NCBI GenBank assembly: GCA_018060545.1
Contig: JAGOVW010000004.1
Coordinates: 1-61,774, forward strand
Reading direction: 5' to 3'
Length of the DNA stretch: 61,774 nucleotides
Source of the DNA: Minisyncoccota bacterium
GTDB lineage: Bacteria; Patescibacteriota; Minisyncoccia; Phycocordibacterales; UBA2100
Below are positions 49,687 to 58,716 of the stretch, in pieces. Numbering within the stretch: the stretch's first letter is position 1; every line of letters begins with the position of its first letter. The translations under genes were made by a program, and so were the position numbers. Below the pieces are notes generated by a model. The model saw only the letters and a program-made list of their open reading frames with translations. It ran no database searches and was not told the DNA's origin.

Positions 49687-51003
49687 TTATACACCCTCCC
49701 CTTTCGTCTCCACCGCTTCTACATCTGCCCCCAACGTCTTTAAACGCTCATGTAAATTTTCATACCCGCGATTAATGGGGTACACATTTTTTAAGAGTGA
49801 CTCACCTTCCGCTGCGAGCATGCCGATCAGTAACAGGGTTGCTGGCCTCAGTGCAGGTGGCGCATCCACTTCAGCAGCGTGCAATTTGGTGGGGCCATTT
49901 ACGAACACGCGATGGGGGTCTGCCAACACTACGTCAGCGCCCAACTTATTCATTTCGGTATAGTAGATGGCACGGTTTTCATACACCCAATCGTGTACCA
50001 GTGTGCGCCCCACCGCCTGCGTTGCAACCGGCACGAAAAAAGGAAGATTATCGATATTGATGCCAGGATACGGAAGCGGCGCTATTTTTTCAGGCGCTGC
50101 GTAGAGAGTCGATGGGAACAGTGTTACATCACAGAGTCGAACTCGTCCATTGTTGCCAACATACACGGGGCCGCGCTCAATCGTCAGACCCATTTTCTTT
50201 AAATGCTGCAGCTCAAGCTCGAGGAAATCAATCGGGCAGCGCTTGATAGTGAGCTGCGATTTTGTTGTAGCGGCAAGCGCAAAGAAGAACATACTTTCGA
50301 TAGGATCTTCACTCGGTTCACCATGTGCCTCCTTATGGATTTCTGCCACACCATGCACCACCAGTGTTGATGTCCCGATACCTTCAATAGCGACTCCTAG
50401 TCCTTCCAAGAACACGCACAAGTCCTGCACCATGTAGTTACTTGGTGCGAAGCGGATGGTCGTGACTCCTGGAATGGTTGCGGCGGCCAAAAGAATGTTC
50501 TCAACCCCTGTGTCCGACGCTTCATACATCACCACTTCACCTGCCTGCCGATCTCTATTTTTTACCACCCACCCTTCCTCGGTGCCTTCCATATCAATAC
50601 CTAACGTGCGCAATCCATCAATGTGCGCCGTGAGACTGCGGTTCCCCAGGTGGCATCCCCCTGCCACAGGAATGAGAAATTCCCTTTCGCGGTGAGCGAG
50701 CGCGCCTGCAAATAGTGCAATAGAGCGCGTGCGCCCCGCAGCTGTCGCATCCACCTCATGCATGCGTAATTTCTCAGGAGGCGTAATGCGCATCGTGCCA
50801 CCTTCCCATACCACCTCGATTCCGATACTGCGCATGACCTCAATGAGCCGGTTCACCTCTTCTATGTGAGGCATTCGTGTGAGTGTGGTAGTACCTTTGT
50901 TGAGCATCGATGCGGCAAGTAATGCCACAGCAGCGTTCTTCGACGTATTCGTCTCTATCGTGCCTGAAAGCGGCTTTCCTCCTCGTACGCGGTAATTCAC
51001 CAC
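49687..51003 (-). CDS. murA: UDP-N-acetylglucosamine 1-carboxyvinyltransferase
   Basis: SKNAAV, GGCHLGNR (Cys115 equivalent), ENILLAA, D.IE, PYPG, RPAT, RGYE. Start uncertain (GTG at 51000/51003). Confidence 0.92.
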   Translation of the reverse strand: MVNYRVRGGKPLSGTIETNTSKNAAVALLAASMLNKGTTTLTRMPHIEEVNRLIEVMRSIGIEVVWEGGTMRITPPEKLRMHEVDATAAGRTRSIALFAGALAHREREFLIPVAGGCHLGNRSLTAHIDGLRTLGIDMEGTEEGWVVKNRDRQAGEVVMYEASDTGVENILLAAATIPGVTTIRFAPSNYMVQDLCVFLEGLGVAIEGIGTSTLVVHGVAEIHKEAHGEPSEDPIESMFFFALAATTKSQLTIKRCPIDFLELELQHLKKMGLTIERGPVYVGNNGRVRLCDVTLFPSTLYAAPEKIAPLPYPGINIDNLPFFVPVATQAVGRTLVHDWVYENRAIYYTEMNKLGADVVLADPHRVFVNGPTKLHAAEVDAPPALRPATLLLIGMLAAEGESLLKNVYPINRGYENLHERLKTLGADVEAVETKGEGV

Positions 51004-51055
51004 GGAAGCATACCGCAACTTGCCCTCCACCGGAAATACACCGAAGCGCTCGGCG

Positions 51056-51535
51056 TTACTGTGAAGCAGTGTTTCGGTTGCGCACCGCATCAGTGAGCCA
51101 TGATGAAGATTGCACCTTGCCACCATGTCCAACCCCGAACACCATACGAATACCAATCTCCTTGCATACATCGGACTCAGGAGTATTCCCTTTTCCTCGA
51201 TCACCACCGTTTGCAAAAATATCTGGCTTTACGACACGCAACGCTTTGCACACCGTCCTGTCAGGATCTGAATCGCCATGTTTCGTGATGTACACGCGAT
51301 CAGCCCCTAGTGCTTTGATAATTTCTGCGCGCTCCTTTTCCGGCATAAACGCAAATCCTTTTTTGGTGCGCAGCCACGCATCGTTATTGAGAATTACTAC
51401 AAGATGCGTTCCGTACTTCTTTGCACGCTGAAACATCCGCACATGTCCTATGTGAATGGGGTCAAACCCACCGGACACGGCCACCCACACCTCTTTAGAT
51501 TTCATCGCGCTTTTCTTTTTGGTCTTCTTTTTCAT
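51056..51535 (-). CDS. HxGH cytidylyl/adenylyltransferase (TagD-like)
   Basis: SGGFDPIHIGH, ERAEII, FANGGDR, KVQSSSW. Confidence 0.85.
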   Translation of the reverse strand: MKKKTKKKSAMKSKEVWVAVSGGFDPIHIGHVRMFQRAKKYGTHLVVILNNDAWLRTKKGFAFMPEKERAEIIKALGADRVYITKHGDSDPDRTVCKALRVVKPDIFANGGDRGKGNTPESDVCKEIGIRMVFGVGHGGKVQSSSWLTDAVRNRNTASQ

Positions 51536-51539
51536 ATAG

Positions 51540-52841
51540 TTATACTACCTCAGGTAAGGCAAGCTTCTCTGCAACTTTATAGATGTCGCCAGCGCCCATG
51601 GTGAGAAACAAGGTTGCGGGTGACAAGTGACCGGTTTCAGTAACATGCTCGTACAACGTATCGAAAGATGTAGCGGCGTGTGCGGGGGTGCCGAGCGCAA
51701 CAATTTTCTCTGCCAACTTTTCACTCGTCACTCCGTCGATAGGTTGCTCGCGGGCAGGATAAATAGGCGCCAGCACAATCTCGTCAGCAGTAGCAAGAGC
51801 TTTCGCAAATTCGTCCATAAAATCACGCGTACGTGAATAGAGGTGAGGATGAAATGCTACAACAACGCGCATACCAGGGAAGCGCTCCCGAGCCGCCTCT
51901 ATAGTCTTCTGTACCGCTGTCGGGTGGTGCGCATAGTCGTCATACACTAGCGCACCCGCGGCAGACTTCCCTTTGTACTCAAAGCGACGCCATGACCCTT
52001 TGAAGGATTGCAATGCCCTGTCGGCCACAGCATCTTCAAGCGCTGAACATACGGCCCGCGCAGCAGCTTTTGCTGCCCGTGCGTTCTCTCGGTTAAATTC
52101 ACCAATGAGTGGCAGTTCAGGTACAGACTCTTTGGTGTAATCAATGATTGGTGCCTGAGCCGCAGCAAGTACCGCCGCAACAGCGGCGTCGTGCGGGTTG
52201 GCGATGATGAATCCTGACGAAGGCACTCGTGCAACTGCTTTTTTAAATGTATCCTGAAGCGCTTCAAGATTCGGGAAATGATCGGTGTGATCAAGTTCCA
52301 GGTTCGTGATCACGAGTATATCAGGTGATAGTTCGAGCAAGTGATCTTTATATTCACACGCTTCCACCACTAACAGGTCGTCGCGCCCAGGGAGAAAATT
52401 AGAACCAAAATCACGGACAATTGAGCCGACAATCGCGCTCGGGTTCTCTCCTGCCTCCTTCAGCATGTATGCGAGCATACCGGTCGTCGTGGTCTTGCCA
52501 TGCGTACCTGCCACCGCGATAGTACGCACCCCTTTCGTTACTTCCCCCAACATAGCGAAGTATGATTTCTCTGGAATGCCCTTACCCCGGGCAGCCGTGC
52601 GCTCCGGCCCATCTTTTGGAATCGCATCGCTGTACACCAAGAGTTCTATGTCATCAGATACAACGTCTGCACTGTGCCCGATGTGCACCGCAATACCCTG
52701 CGACTCAAGCAGCTCAGTGGTCGGCGATACATCCCTGTCGTTCCCACGTACCGTGACACCTTTTCTCACCAGGAGCTGTGCCAGTGCCGACATGCCAATG
52801 CCACCAATCCCCACCATGTGTACTTTTTTAGGAAGCGTCAT
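51540..52841 (-). CDS. murC: UDP-N-acetylmuramate--L-alanine ligase
   Basis: GIGGIGMSALA, GTHGKTTTT, VEACE, TNLELDH, GSWRRFE, DDYAHHPT, FHPHLYSRT, MGAGDI. Confidence 0.95.
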   Translation of the reverse strand: MTLPKKVHMVGIGGIGMSALAQLLVRKGVTVRGNDRDVSPTTELLESQGIAVHIGHSADVVSDDIELLVYSDAIPKDGPERTAARGKGIPEKSYFAMLGEVTKGVRTIAVAGTHGKTTTTGMLAYMLKEAGENPSAIVGSIVRDFGSNFLPGRDDLLVVEACEYKDHLLELSPDILVITNLELDHTDHFPNLEALQDTFKKAVARVPSSGFIIANPHDAAVAAVLAAAQAPIIDYTKESVPELPLIGEFNRENARAAKAAARAVCSALEDAVADRALQSFKGSWRRFEYKGKSAAGALVYDDYAHHPTAVQKTIEAARERFPGMRVVVAFHPHLYSRTRDFMDEFAKALATADEIVLAPIYPAREQPIDGVTSEKLAEKIVALGTPAHAATSFDTLYEHVTETGHLSPATLFLTMGAGDIYKVAEKLALPEVV

Positions 52842-54174
52842 ACGTTTTAATGAGCGTAACGAATTGGTCATTACGCTCGTACTCGTTTTTAAACATGCCA
52901 AAGGAGGCGAATGCGGGACTGAAGAGAATGGTATCGCCCGGAGCGGCGACGCGCAGCGCCTCTTCGACCGCTGCGGGAAGCGAATCGTATATGGAGTAAT
53001 CTTGCATCAAGGGCGCCACACGGGAAGAACCAGTGCCGCTCAAGAGAATAACGCGCTTGCACGTGCCGGCAATTTCATAGAGCAGATTACTCATGTCCAA
53101 CCCTTTGTCTGAACCGCCCATAATAAGGACAATATTTTTAGTGCCATGCGAAAGCGCTCGCAATCCCGCTATGGTGGCATCCGGTGTGGTTGCGTTGTTG
53201 TCGTTGTATACCTGTACGTGATGAATTTCTCGCAGAAACTCAAGCCTCCCTTCCACGGCGGGAAACGAAGCGAACCCTTCTGTGATGTGCCTAATTGAGA
53301 CTCCGAGAGCCTCCAATGCAGCATTGGCTAGACCTGCATTTTCCCTATTGTGGGTCCCGGGAATACTGAGGGGCACAGATTCAGGGAGCGCCTCTACCAC
53401 CAGAGGCTGAACCGGTGGATTCATCACACGGATTTGTTCGGCAATTGCAGCACCGCATACTAGCGTATCACCAGCTCGCTGGTGCATAAAAATATTAGCC
53501 TTATCCAAAAAATAAGCATTCATATCGGGGTAGTAGTTTTGATGGTCGGGCAAAAGATTCGTGAACACGGCAATGTCCGGGCTTATATGCAGATCACCAA
53601 AACCTTGCAGCTGCCACGAATCGAGCTCGAGTACGGCGATATCCCCCATCGCGACTTCAGGAAGAAGAGCAAGTGTAGACATGCCGCGAACATTGCCCCC
53701 AATAAAAATGCGCCGTTTTGTTTCTGAAGACAGCTCTCCGGTTGCCTGGGTGAGCACGTGGTGAATGAGGTGTGTTGTAGTGGATTTGCCACGTGTTCCC
53801 GTAACACCCACCACGGTGACGCCACGTTCCATTGCAAATTTCGCAAACAGCGCTGTGGTCATGTACACAGGAATACCAGCATCGCGCGCTGCTGAAATAT
53901 ACGGTGAATCAAGTGGAACTCCCGCAGCCTTAAGCACCATGTCGCAATCGGTGAAATCTTCTACACGATGCTCTCCCAGGTGAAAGGTAATGGTAGGAAA
54001 TTCTTCGAGCTGCTGAACTGAAGAAGCGAGTTCCTCTTTAGTTTTTTTATCAGTAACGAGAACATGCGCCCCGCACTGCGCCAAGAACTTTGCATCTCCT
54101 ACGCCGCGCCCCAACAGACCCAGGCCGAGCATGGTAATCCGCTTTCCACTAAAAAAAGTATTGAACTGTTCCAT
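52828..54174 (-). CDS. murD: UDP-N-acetylmuramoyl-L-alanine--D-glutamate ligase
   Basis: GLGLLG, GVTGTRGKSTTT, LELDSWQL, DHQNYY, GRLE, YNDNNATTP, GGSDKG, SPAFASFGMFKNEYER. Confidence 0.95.
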   Translation of the reverse strand: MEQFNTFFSGKRITMLGLGLLGRGVGDAKFLAQCGAHVLVTDKKTKEELASSVQQLEEFPTITFHLGEHRVEDFTDCDMVLKAAGVPLDSPYISAARDAGIPVYMTTALFAKFAMERGVTVVGVTGTRGKSTTTHLIHHVLTQATGELSSETKRRIFIGGNVRGMSTLALLPEVAMGDIAVLELDSWQLQGFGDLHISPDIAVFTNLLPDHQNYYPDMNAYFLDKANIFMHQRAGDTLVCGAAIAEQIRVMNPPVQPLVVEALPESVPLSIPGTHNRENAGLANAALEALGVSIRHITEGFASFPAVEGRLEFLREIHHVQVYNDNNATTPDATIAGLRALSHGTKNIVLIMGGSDKGLDMSNLLYEIAGTCKRVILLSGTGSSRVAPLMQDYSIYDSLPAAVEEALRVAAPGDTILFSPAFASFGMFKNEYERNDQFVTLIKTYDAS

Positions 54175-54365
54175 GTGGGCACGAGAGGACCTGGTCACGG
54201 ATAATTTTGCTCTGCAAAATTTCCGCGACCCCGCCTCGCCAACAAGCACTCGTTGCGCTCGTCTTGTATACCGGCTCCGGCTTTCAAGTCTTCCGTATCC
54301 CTACAATACAATAGTCGCTGCATGCTGTCGCATGCAGCTCTCTTGTTTTGTGGGCACGAGAGGAC
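54174..54365. mobile_element. Miniature tRNA-associated insert bounded by a 17-bp direct repeat of the tRNA-Leu 3' end
   Basis: tgtgggcacgagaggac at 54174-54190 and 54349-54365; internal hairpins at 54193-54230 and 54317-54338; no integrase. Confidence 0.6.
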
Positions 54366-54432
54366 TTGAACCTCCAAGCCTTGCGGCATACGCTTCTGAA
54401 GCGTACGTGTATACCAATTTCACCACGTGCCC
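54351..54432 (-). tRNA. tRNA-Leu (CAG)
   Basis: GGGCACG/CGTGCCC acceptor stem, D loop GGTGAAATTGGTA, anticodon arm TACGC-TTCAGAA-GCGTA, variable arm GCCGCAAGGC, T loop GGTTCAAGTCC; CCA not encoded. Confidence 0.95.
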
Positions 54433-54517
54433 CCACATCTTGATACAACGTGTAGGGGTGTGCCCCACACGTAGCACCAGTGGTTCGCATTGTCTTACAA
54501 AAGACACAAAAAAGGAA

Positions 54518-54542
54518 GTCGCCGCGCAATGTGCGCGGCGAC
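54518..54542 (-). terminator. Intrinsic terminator after the cold-shock gene
   Basis: gtcgccgcgc...gcgcggcgac followed by a U-rich tract on the minus strand. Confidence 0.7.
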
Positions 54543-54557
54543 CATTCATCCAACGAG

Positions 54558-55133
54558 TTATCGCGGCATTCCTCCTTGCCCATCCGGTCGCAGTTCGGCG
54601 GCCATGCACCCCTTCGACCCCATTCCCCATTTCACTTGCACTATCTGCCCTGGACGCAGTTCGGTAAAGCCAAACCGCCGCAGGGTTTCCATGTGCACAA
54701 AGACGTCGGGAGTACCTTCCCCACGTGTGAGGAAACCAAACCCTCGCACGCGGTTGAACCACTTCACCATCGCACGCTCCCAGTCACTGGTTGCTTCAAC
54801 GACCACATGGGTTCGCTGCGGCAACTGCGATGGGTGGATGGCGGTGGTCTCGTCCATGCTGATGATTCGAAACGCCTGCATTCCTTTCGGGCGTTTCAGC
54901 GCCTGAAAGTCGACCGTTGCGCCCTCGTAAGCGGTTTGGTAGCCGCCGGCTCTGAGGCACGTCACGTGCAAGAGCACATCTGGCAGACCGTTGTTTGGAA
55001 CGATGAATCCGTACCCCTTCGATGCGTCGAACCACTTGATGATTCCACGTAACTCCAGAACTTCAAGACCTTGGGTGTCGTGGCCATTTTTGGCCGGCAA
55101 CGGTGAGGTTTGTTGAATGTGTGCGGACGTCAT
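54558..55133 (-). CDS. Tandem cold-shock-domain protein
   Basis: IKWFDASKGYGFI...LLHVT and VKWFNRVRGFGFL...VFVHMET; strong SD AAGGAGGT. Confidence 0.93.
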   Translation of the reverse strand: MTSAHIQQTSPLPAKNGHDTQGLEVLELRGIIKWFDASKGYGFIVPNNGLPDVLLHVTCLRAGGYQTAYEGATVDFQALKRPKGMQAFRIISMDETTAIHPSQLPQRTHVVVEATSDWERAMVKWFNRVRGFGFLTRGEGTPDVFVHMETLRRFGFTELRPGQIVQVKWGMGSKGCMAAELRPDGQGGMPR

Positions 55134-55227
55134 GCGAACCTACCTCCTTGTACTCAGATTCGGCACAGCACCGAATCTACTGCAAAGTAGGGTATGCCCG
55201 TGCGATAGTACTGTCAAATCAATAGAT

Positions 55228-55258
55228 ATGGACGCGCCCCGAGATGGGGCGCGTCCAT
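55228..55258. terminator. Hairpin, terminator-like
   Basis: atggacgcgcccc-gagat-ggggcgcgtccat right after the purN-like stop. Confidence 0.6.
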
Positions 55259-55262
55259 GGCA

Positions 55263-56000
55263 TTACGCAGCAGCGGGAAGAAAATCGTATCCGCTCGGTA
55301 TGCGAAGTGATTTAGGATTAACTCCATCCCAACTGATGTGTCGCTCCAGCACGAGTTTCGTCACGTACGGCTGAAAGCGATGCTCCATAGCATTCACCGC
55401 CTTCGCCAATGTCTCTGGCGTATCCCACGGCATGATGGGTACGGGCCACTCGAAAATGATCGGCCCTTTATCGTACTCCTTCGTAACAAAATGCATCGTG
55501 ACCGCGGACGCTTTCACACGTCCTGCGCGGTAATCTTCCATAACGCGTTCATGCACGAAGTGTCCATACATCCCCTCTCCACCATAGCGCGGATGCCCAT
55601 CGTCTCCTTTGATCGAAAGCGGGCCAGGATGAATATTTACCACGTAGCGTGGGTCAAGACCTGACTCATCGCCGTGCGGCGTACCGCGCATTGGTACGAG
55701 CCACAAGCAACCCGAGAGCATCACGAAATGATTCACACCGCCAAGCCGTTCCACCAGGGCTTCGTGCCCTTCTGGAGTACGAAGTGCCTTTGGGAAATGT
55801 TCGAAGTGCACACCGTGTTTGCGAGCCTTGGTTTCGACACCACCGCCGGCGTAGTTACCCACCACGGAAACGCGCGACACGGGGATGTTGCCCGCCTCAA
55901 TGTGATTGAGGAGGTTGTCCATACCCGAGCCACCTTCGCCGGGCTCTTTGCCGCCTGTTGCAAAGATGATGAGATTGGTTTCGTTGAGTGGCGCTTTCAT
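55263..56000 (-). CDS. Formyltransferase, PurN-like
   Basis: FATGG...GSG, VNIHPGPL, GMYGHFVH, VTMHFVTKEYDKGPII, EH. Confidence 0.85.
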   Translation of the reverse strand: MKAPLNETNLIIFATGGKEPGEGGSGMDNLLNHIEAGNIPVSRVSVVGNYAGGGVETKARKHGVHFEHFPKALRTPEGHEALVERLGGVNHFVMLSGCLWLVPMRGTPHGDESGLDPRYVVNIHPGPLSIKGDDGHPRYGGEGMYGHFVHERVMEDYRAGRVKASAVTMHFVTKEYDKGPIIFEWPVPIMPWDTPETLAKAVNAMEHRFQPYVTKLVLERHISWDGVNPKSLRIPSGYDFLPAAA

Positions 56001-56068
56001 AGTTGGTGTATCCTTTACTTGCTGAACTCGGCTGAGTGTACGGCAAAAAGCGATCCATGAAAAGAGAA

Positions 56069-56091
56069 CCGCCGCAGCTTCGCTGCGGCGG
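56069..56091 (-). terminator. Intrinsic terminator
   Basis: ccgccgcagc-ttc-gctgcggcgg with U-rich tail on the minus strand. Confidence 0.6.
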
Positions 56092-56106
56092 CAAAACGTG
56101 AAAGAC

Positions 56107-56601
56107 TTACTCGTAGAACCTCCACTCTTTAGCGCGCAAACCTTTCGGTCGCGTCTCTACAGTCAAAATGATTCGCTGTCCGATGCGAGGATAACGCACA
56201 GGCTTCGGTCCCTGCATGACATTGACCAGCGCGCTTTCTCCTCCATCCAGATCTGCAAAGCCAAACCCTTTGCCTTCGTCGAATGACCGCACCGTAGCGG
56301 CATTCTCGCCGGGAAGTAGCGTTACCACATGTGTGTGCGCTGCGCTCGCGTCATGACCATTGTGGGCAGGGTCACGCACTGGCTTTTCATAGATGGGCCA
56401 CTCGCTTCCGTCAGCGAGTCGCACGCTTCTTGCTTCGGCGTCTTTGCCGTTGCGGGCGGGCGCGCCCACCTCAAACTCCACTCGCCTGCCGACTACCTCG
56501 TCTTGACGGACATTAGGCACTCGGAAGAAAAATAGTTTGCCGTGCGCGGTTTCGATGGTGCCATACCCGTGCTTACGAAAGCGTTTAACGACGCCTTCCA
56601 T
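56107..56601 (-). CDS. Divergent tandem cold-shock/OB-fold protein
   Basis: MEGVVKRFRKHGYGTI...LFFF...VEFEV and VRSFDEGKGFGFA...KGLRAKE; SD AGGAG. Confidence 0.7.
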   Translation of the reverse strand: MEGVVKRFRKHGYGTIETAHGKLFFFRVPNVRQDEVVGRRVEFEVGAPARNGKDAEARSVRLADGSEWPIYEKPVRDPAHNGHDASAAHTHVVTLLPGENAATVRSFDEGKGFGFADLDGGESALVNVMQGPKPVRYPRIGQRIILTVETRPKGLRAKEWRFYE

Positions 56602-56704
56602 GGAGATGCTCCTATTTGCTGAAACTTGAGCGAGTGTAGCAAAGATGGTGTAGTTTTCAATGGTGGAGTATTTCTTTTTTACATATTTGTGATATAATAC
56701 AAAC

Positions 56705-57409
56705 ATGAAGCGCAAACGCAAAGGAGTCCAGTTTTGGAATAGCGAGTACGCGAAAAGCGGTACCTTTGCACTATCTCACGAACCTAGTGAGGACCTGGAA
56801 AAATTCTGCCGCTTTCTTGAACGCGACTATGGTCGCAAGTACTTGAATCCCCTGTGCCAAGCAGTGGACTTGGGGTGTGGTAACGGTCGCAACCTCATCT
56901 ATCTATCCGAACATTTCGGATTTAAAGGGTACGGCGTAGACAGTGCCAAAGAAGCCATCGTGCAGGCTCGAGCGCATGCGCAGGAAAAAGAACTCCCACT
57001 TACCTTTGCCGTAGGATCAATCAAAGACCCACTCCCTCTCAAAGACAAAACTCAGGCAATCGTGATTGACGCTATGGTGTCGCACATTTTGAAAAACGCA
57101 GAGCGCGAAGCGATGCTTGCAGAAATTTTGCGCGTTCTGCGCCCTGATGGATGGTACTTCTTTAAAACGTTTCTCTTGAATGGCGACGAACATGCGGCCC
57201 GCCTCCTGGCCGAACATCCTGGATCCGAGCCCCACTCATACATCCATCCTGAAATCGGTGTGGAGGAACATGTCTTTAGTGAACAGGAACTGCACGACCT
57301 CCTCGAACCTAATTTCATCGTACACAAAGTGCACAAATCCCATGGCCATATGAAGAATGGTCGTGCATTCCGCCGACGCTCGGTCACGGTGTACGCGCAG
57401 AAGCGCTAG
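56705..57409 (+). CDS. Class I SAM methyltransferase
   Basis: AVDLGCGNGRN, GVDSA, LRPDGW; TATAAT-6nt-ATG. Confidence 0.88.
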   Translation: MKRKRKGVQFWNSEYAKSGTFALSHEPSEDLEKFCRFLERDYGRKYLNPLCQAVDLGCGNGRNLIYLSEHFGFKGYGVDSAKEAIVQARAHAQEKELPLTFAVGSIKDPLPLKDKTQAIVIDAMVSHILKNAEREAMLAEILRVLRPDGWYFFKTFLLNGDEHAARLLAEHPGSEPHSYIHPEIGVEEHVFSEQELHDLLEPNFIVHKVHKSHGHMKNGRAFRRRSVTVYAQKR

Positions 57410-58626
57410 TGCCCGTGGCCGGTAGTAATTTCGCCGTCGTAGACATCTGGATTAGGTTCTCCGGAAACCTTGAGCACTCCCCACGCACCGCGATCCAAGC
57501 GCGAGAGGGCGTGATCCACAATCACGTAGTTTCCTGGTACTTGGGTATCAAATTCAGCAACAGTTGCTCCACCGGCGGGAACAAGCGTAGTCTGTATGTC
57601 TGCATGTGGTTCTCTGATTGCCGCCTCAGGGAACACGCGGTCAAAGACCTCACCAATGAGGTGGAAGGATGAAATCAGATTCACTCCCCCATTCCCCACA
57701 TAGAAACGCGCCGTCTCACCAGTCGACATGGCCATCTTTTCATTAAGACCTCCGACGCGGCCATTGAACACAATGTATTGAGGCTTTCCATCGAGCATGG
57801 CTTGTGGATCAAAAATCTGCAGCCCTTTTCTTCCCATTTGCCCTGCGGTATAAAACTCACCTTGCATGAGGTAATACTCTTTATCCACCTTGCTCAGCCC
57901 TTCAGCAGGTTCAACAAGAATAAGACCGTACATGCCGTGCGTCATATGATTGGCAACATTCGGGTGCGCACAGTGGTACACGAAAAGTCCTGGGTGCAGT
58001 GCTTTGAACGTGACTGTTTTTCCTTCTCCTGGCGCAACCATCGTTGAGACAGCACCCCCGCCAGGGCCAGTAACTGCGTGCAAATCGATGTTGTGGTGAT
58101 GCAGACTGGTGGGGTCATTATTGAGCGTAAGCTTAACGGTGTCCCCTTCCCGAACGCGAAGCATTGGCCCTGGGACCGTGCCGTCAAACGTCCAGTAGTT
58201 TATGAAAACTCCTGGCGCCATTTCGGCTATGACCTCTTTTGCAGTGAGGCTAATTTCAACAGTGGTAGTGCCCACTCTATCTATCGGCAGCGGCACGTCA
58301 TTTGGGTTGCGTGCAATGTCAGTGACGCGCTCAAAATTTTTGAAATGCGTGAAAAAATCAGCCACATTTTTAAACGGTAATACTGGGCCGTCTGCTGGGC
58401 CGTACGTTTTGAGAAAGAATGGGTACGCAAAACCATGCGGGAGCCCGTTTGGCGCGTAGAAGAAAATCGAAACACCCAAAAACACAAAAAGAAGCGCGAC
58501 GGTTACTTTTAGCGAATGTAACTTCCGTAGGATAAGAAATATAAATACTGCTGCAAAAAAGTATGCAATGAATAGTCCTGCACTCTGCACAATCGTGCCG
58601 ATAGTGAACGAAAGTATGTCTGCCAT
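57406..58626 (-). CDS. nirK: Copper-containing nitrite reductase with N-terminal TM anchor
   Basis: HNIDLHAV (T1 His, catalytic Asp, T2 His), YHCA...HMTHGMYG (T2 His, T1 Cys/His/Met), SSFHLIGE (catalytic His), VDHAL (T2 His); two TM helices at the N-terminus. Confidence 0.93.
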   Translation of the reverse strand: MADILSFTIGTIVQSAGLFIAYFFAAVFIFLILRKLHSLKVTVALLFVFLGVSIFFYAPNGLPHGFAYPFFLKTYGPADGPVLPFKNVADFFTHFKNFERVTDIARNPNDVPLPIDRVGTTTVEISLTAKEVIAEMAPGVFINYWTFDGTVPGPMLRVREGDTVKLTLNNDPTSLHHHNIDLHAVTGPGGGAVSTMVAPGEGKTVTFKALHPGLFVYHCAHPNVANHMTHGMYGLILVEPAEGLSKVDKEYYLMQGEFYTAGQMGRKGLQIFDPQAMLDGKPQYIVFNGRVGGLNEKMAMSTGETARFYVGNGGVNLISSFHLIGEVFDRVFPEAAIREPHADIQTTLVPAGGATVAEFDTQVPGNYVIVDHALSRLDRGAWGVLKVSGEPNPDVYDGEITTGHGH

Positions 58627-58716
58627 ATGTTTCATTATACGCCGCTGCACAGATGGCTAGACACGCGGGTGCATATCACACAGAAAGGGCGAGCGCGTAG
58701 CGCTCGCCCTTTTTCT

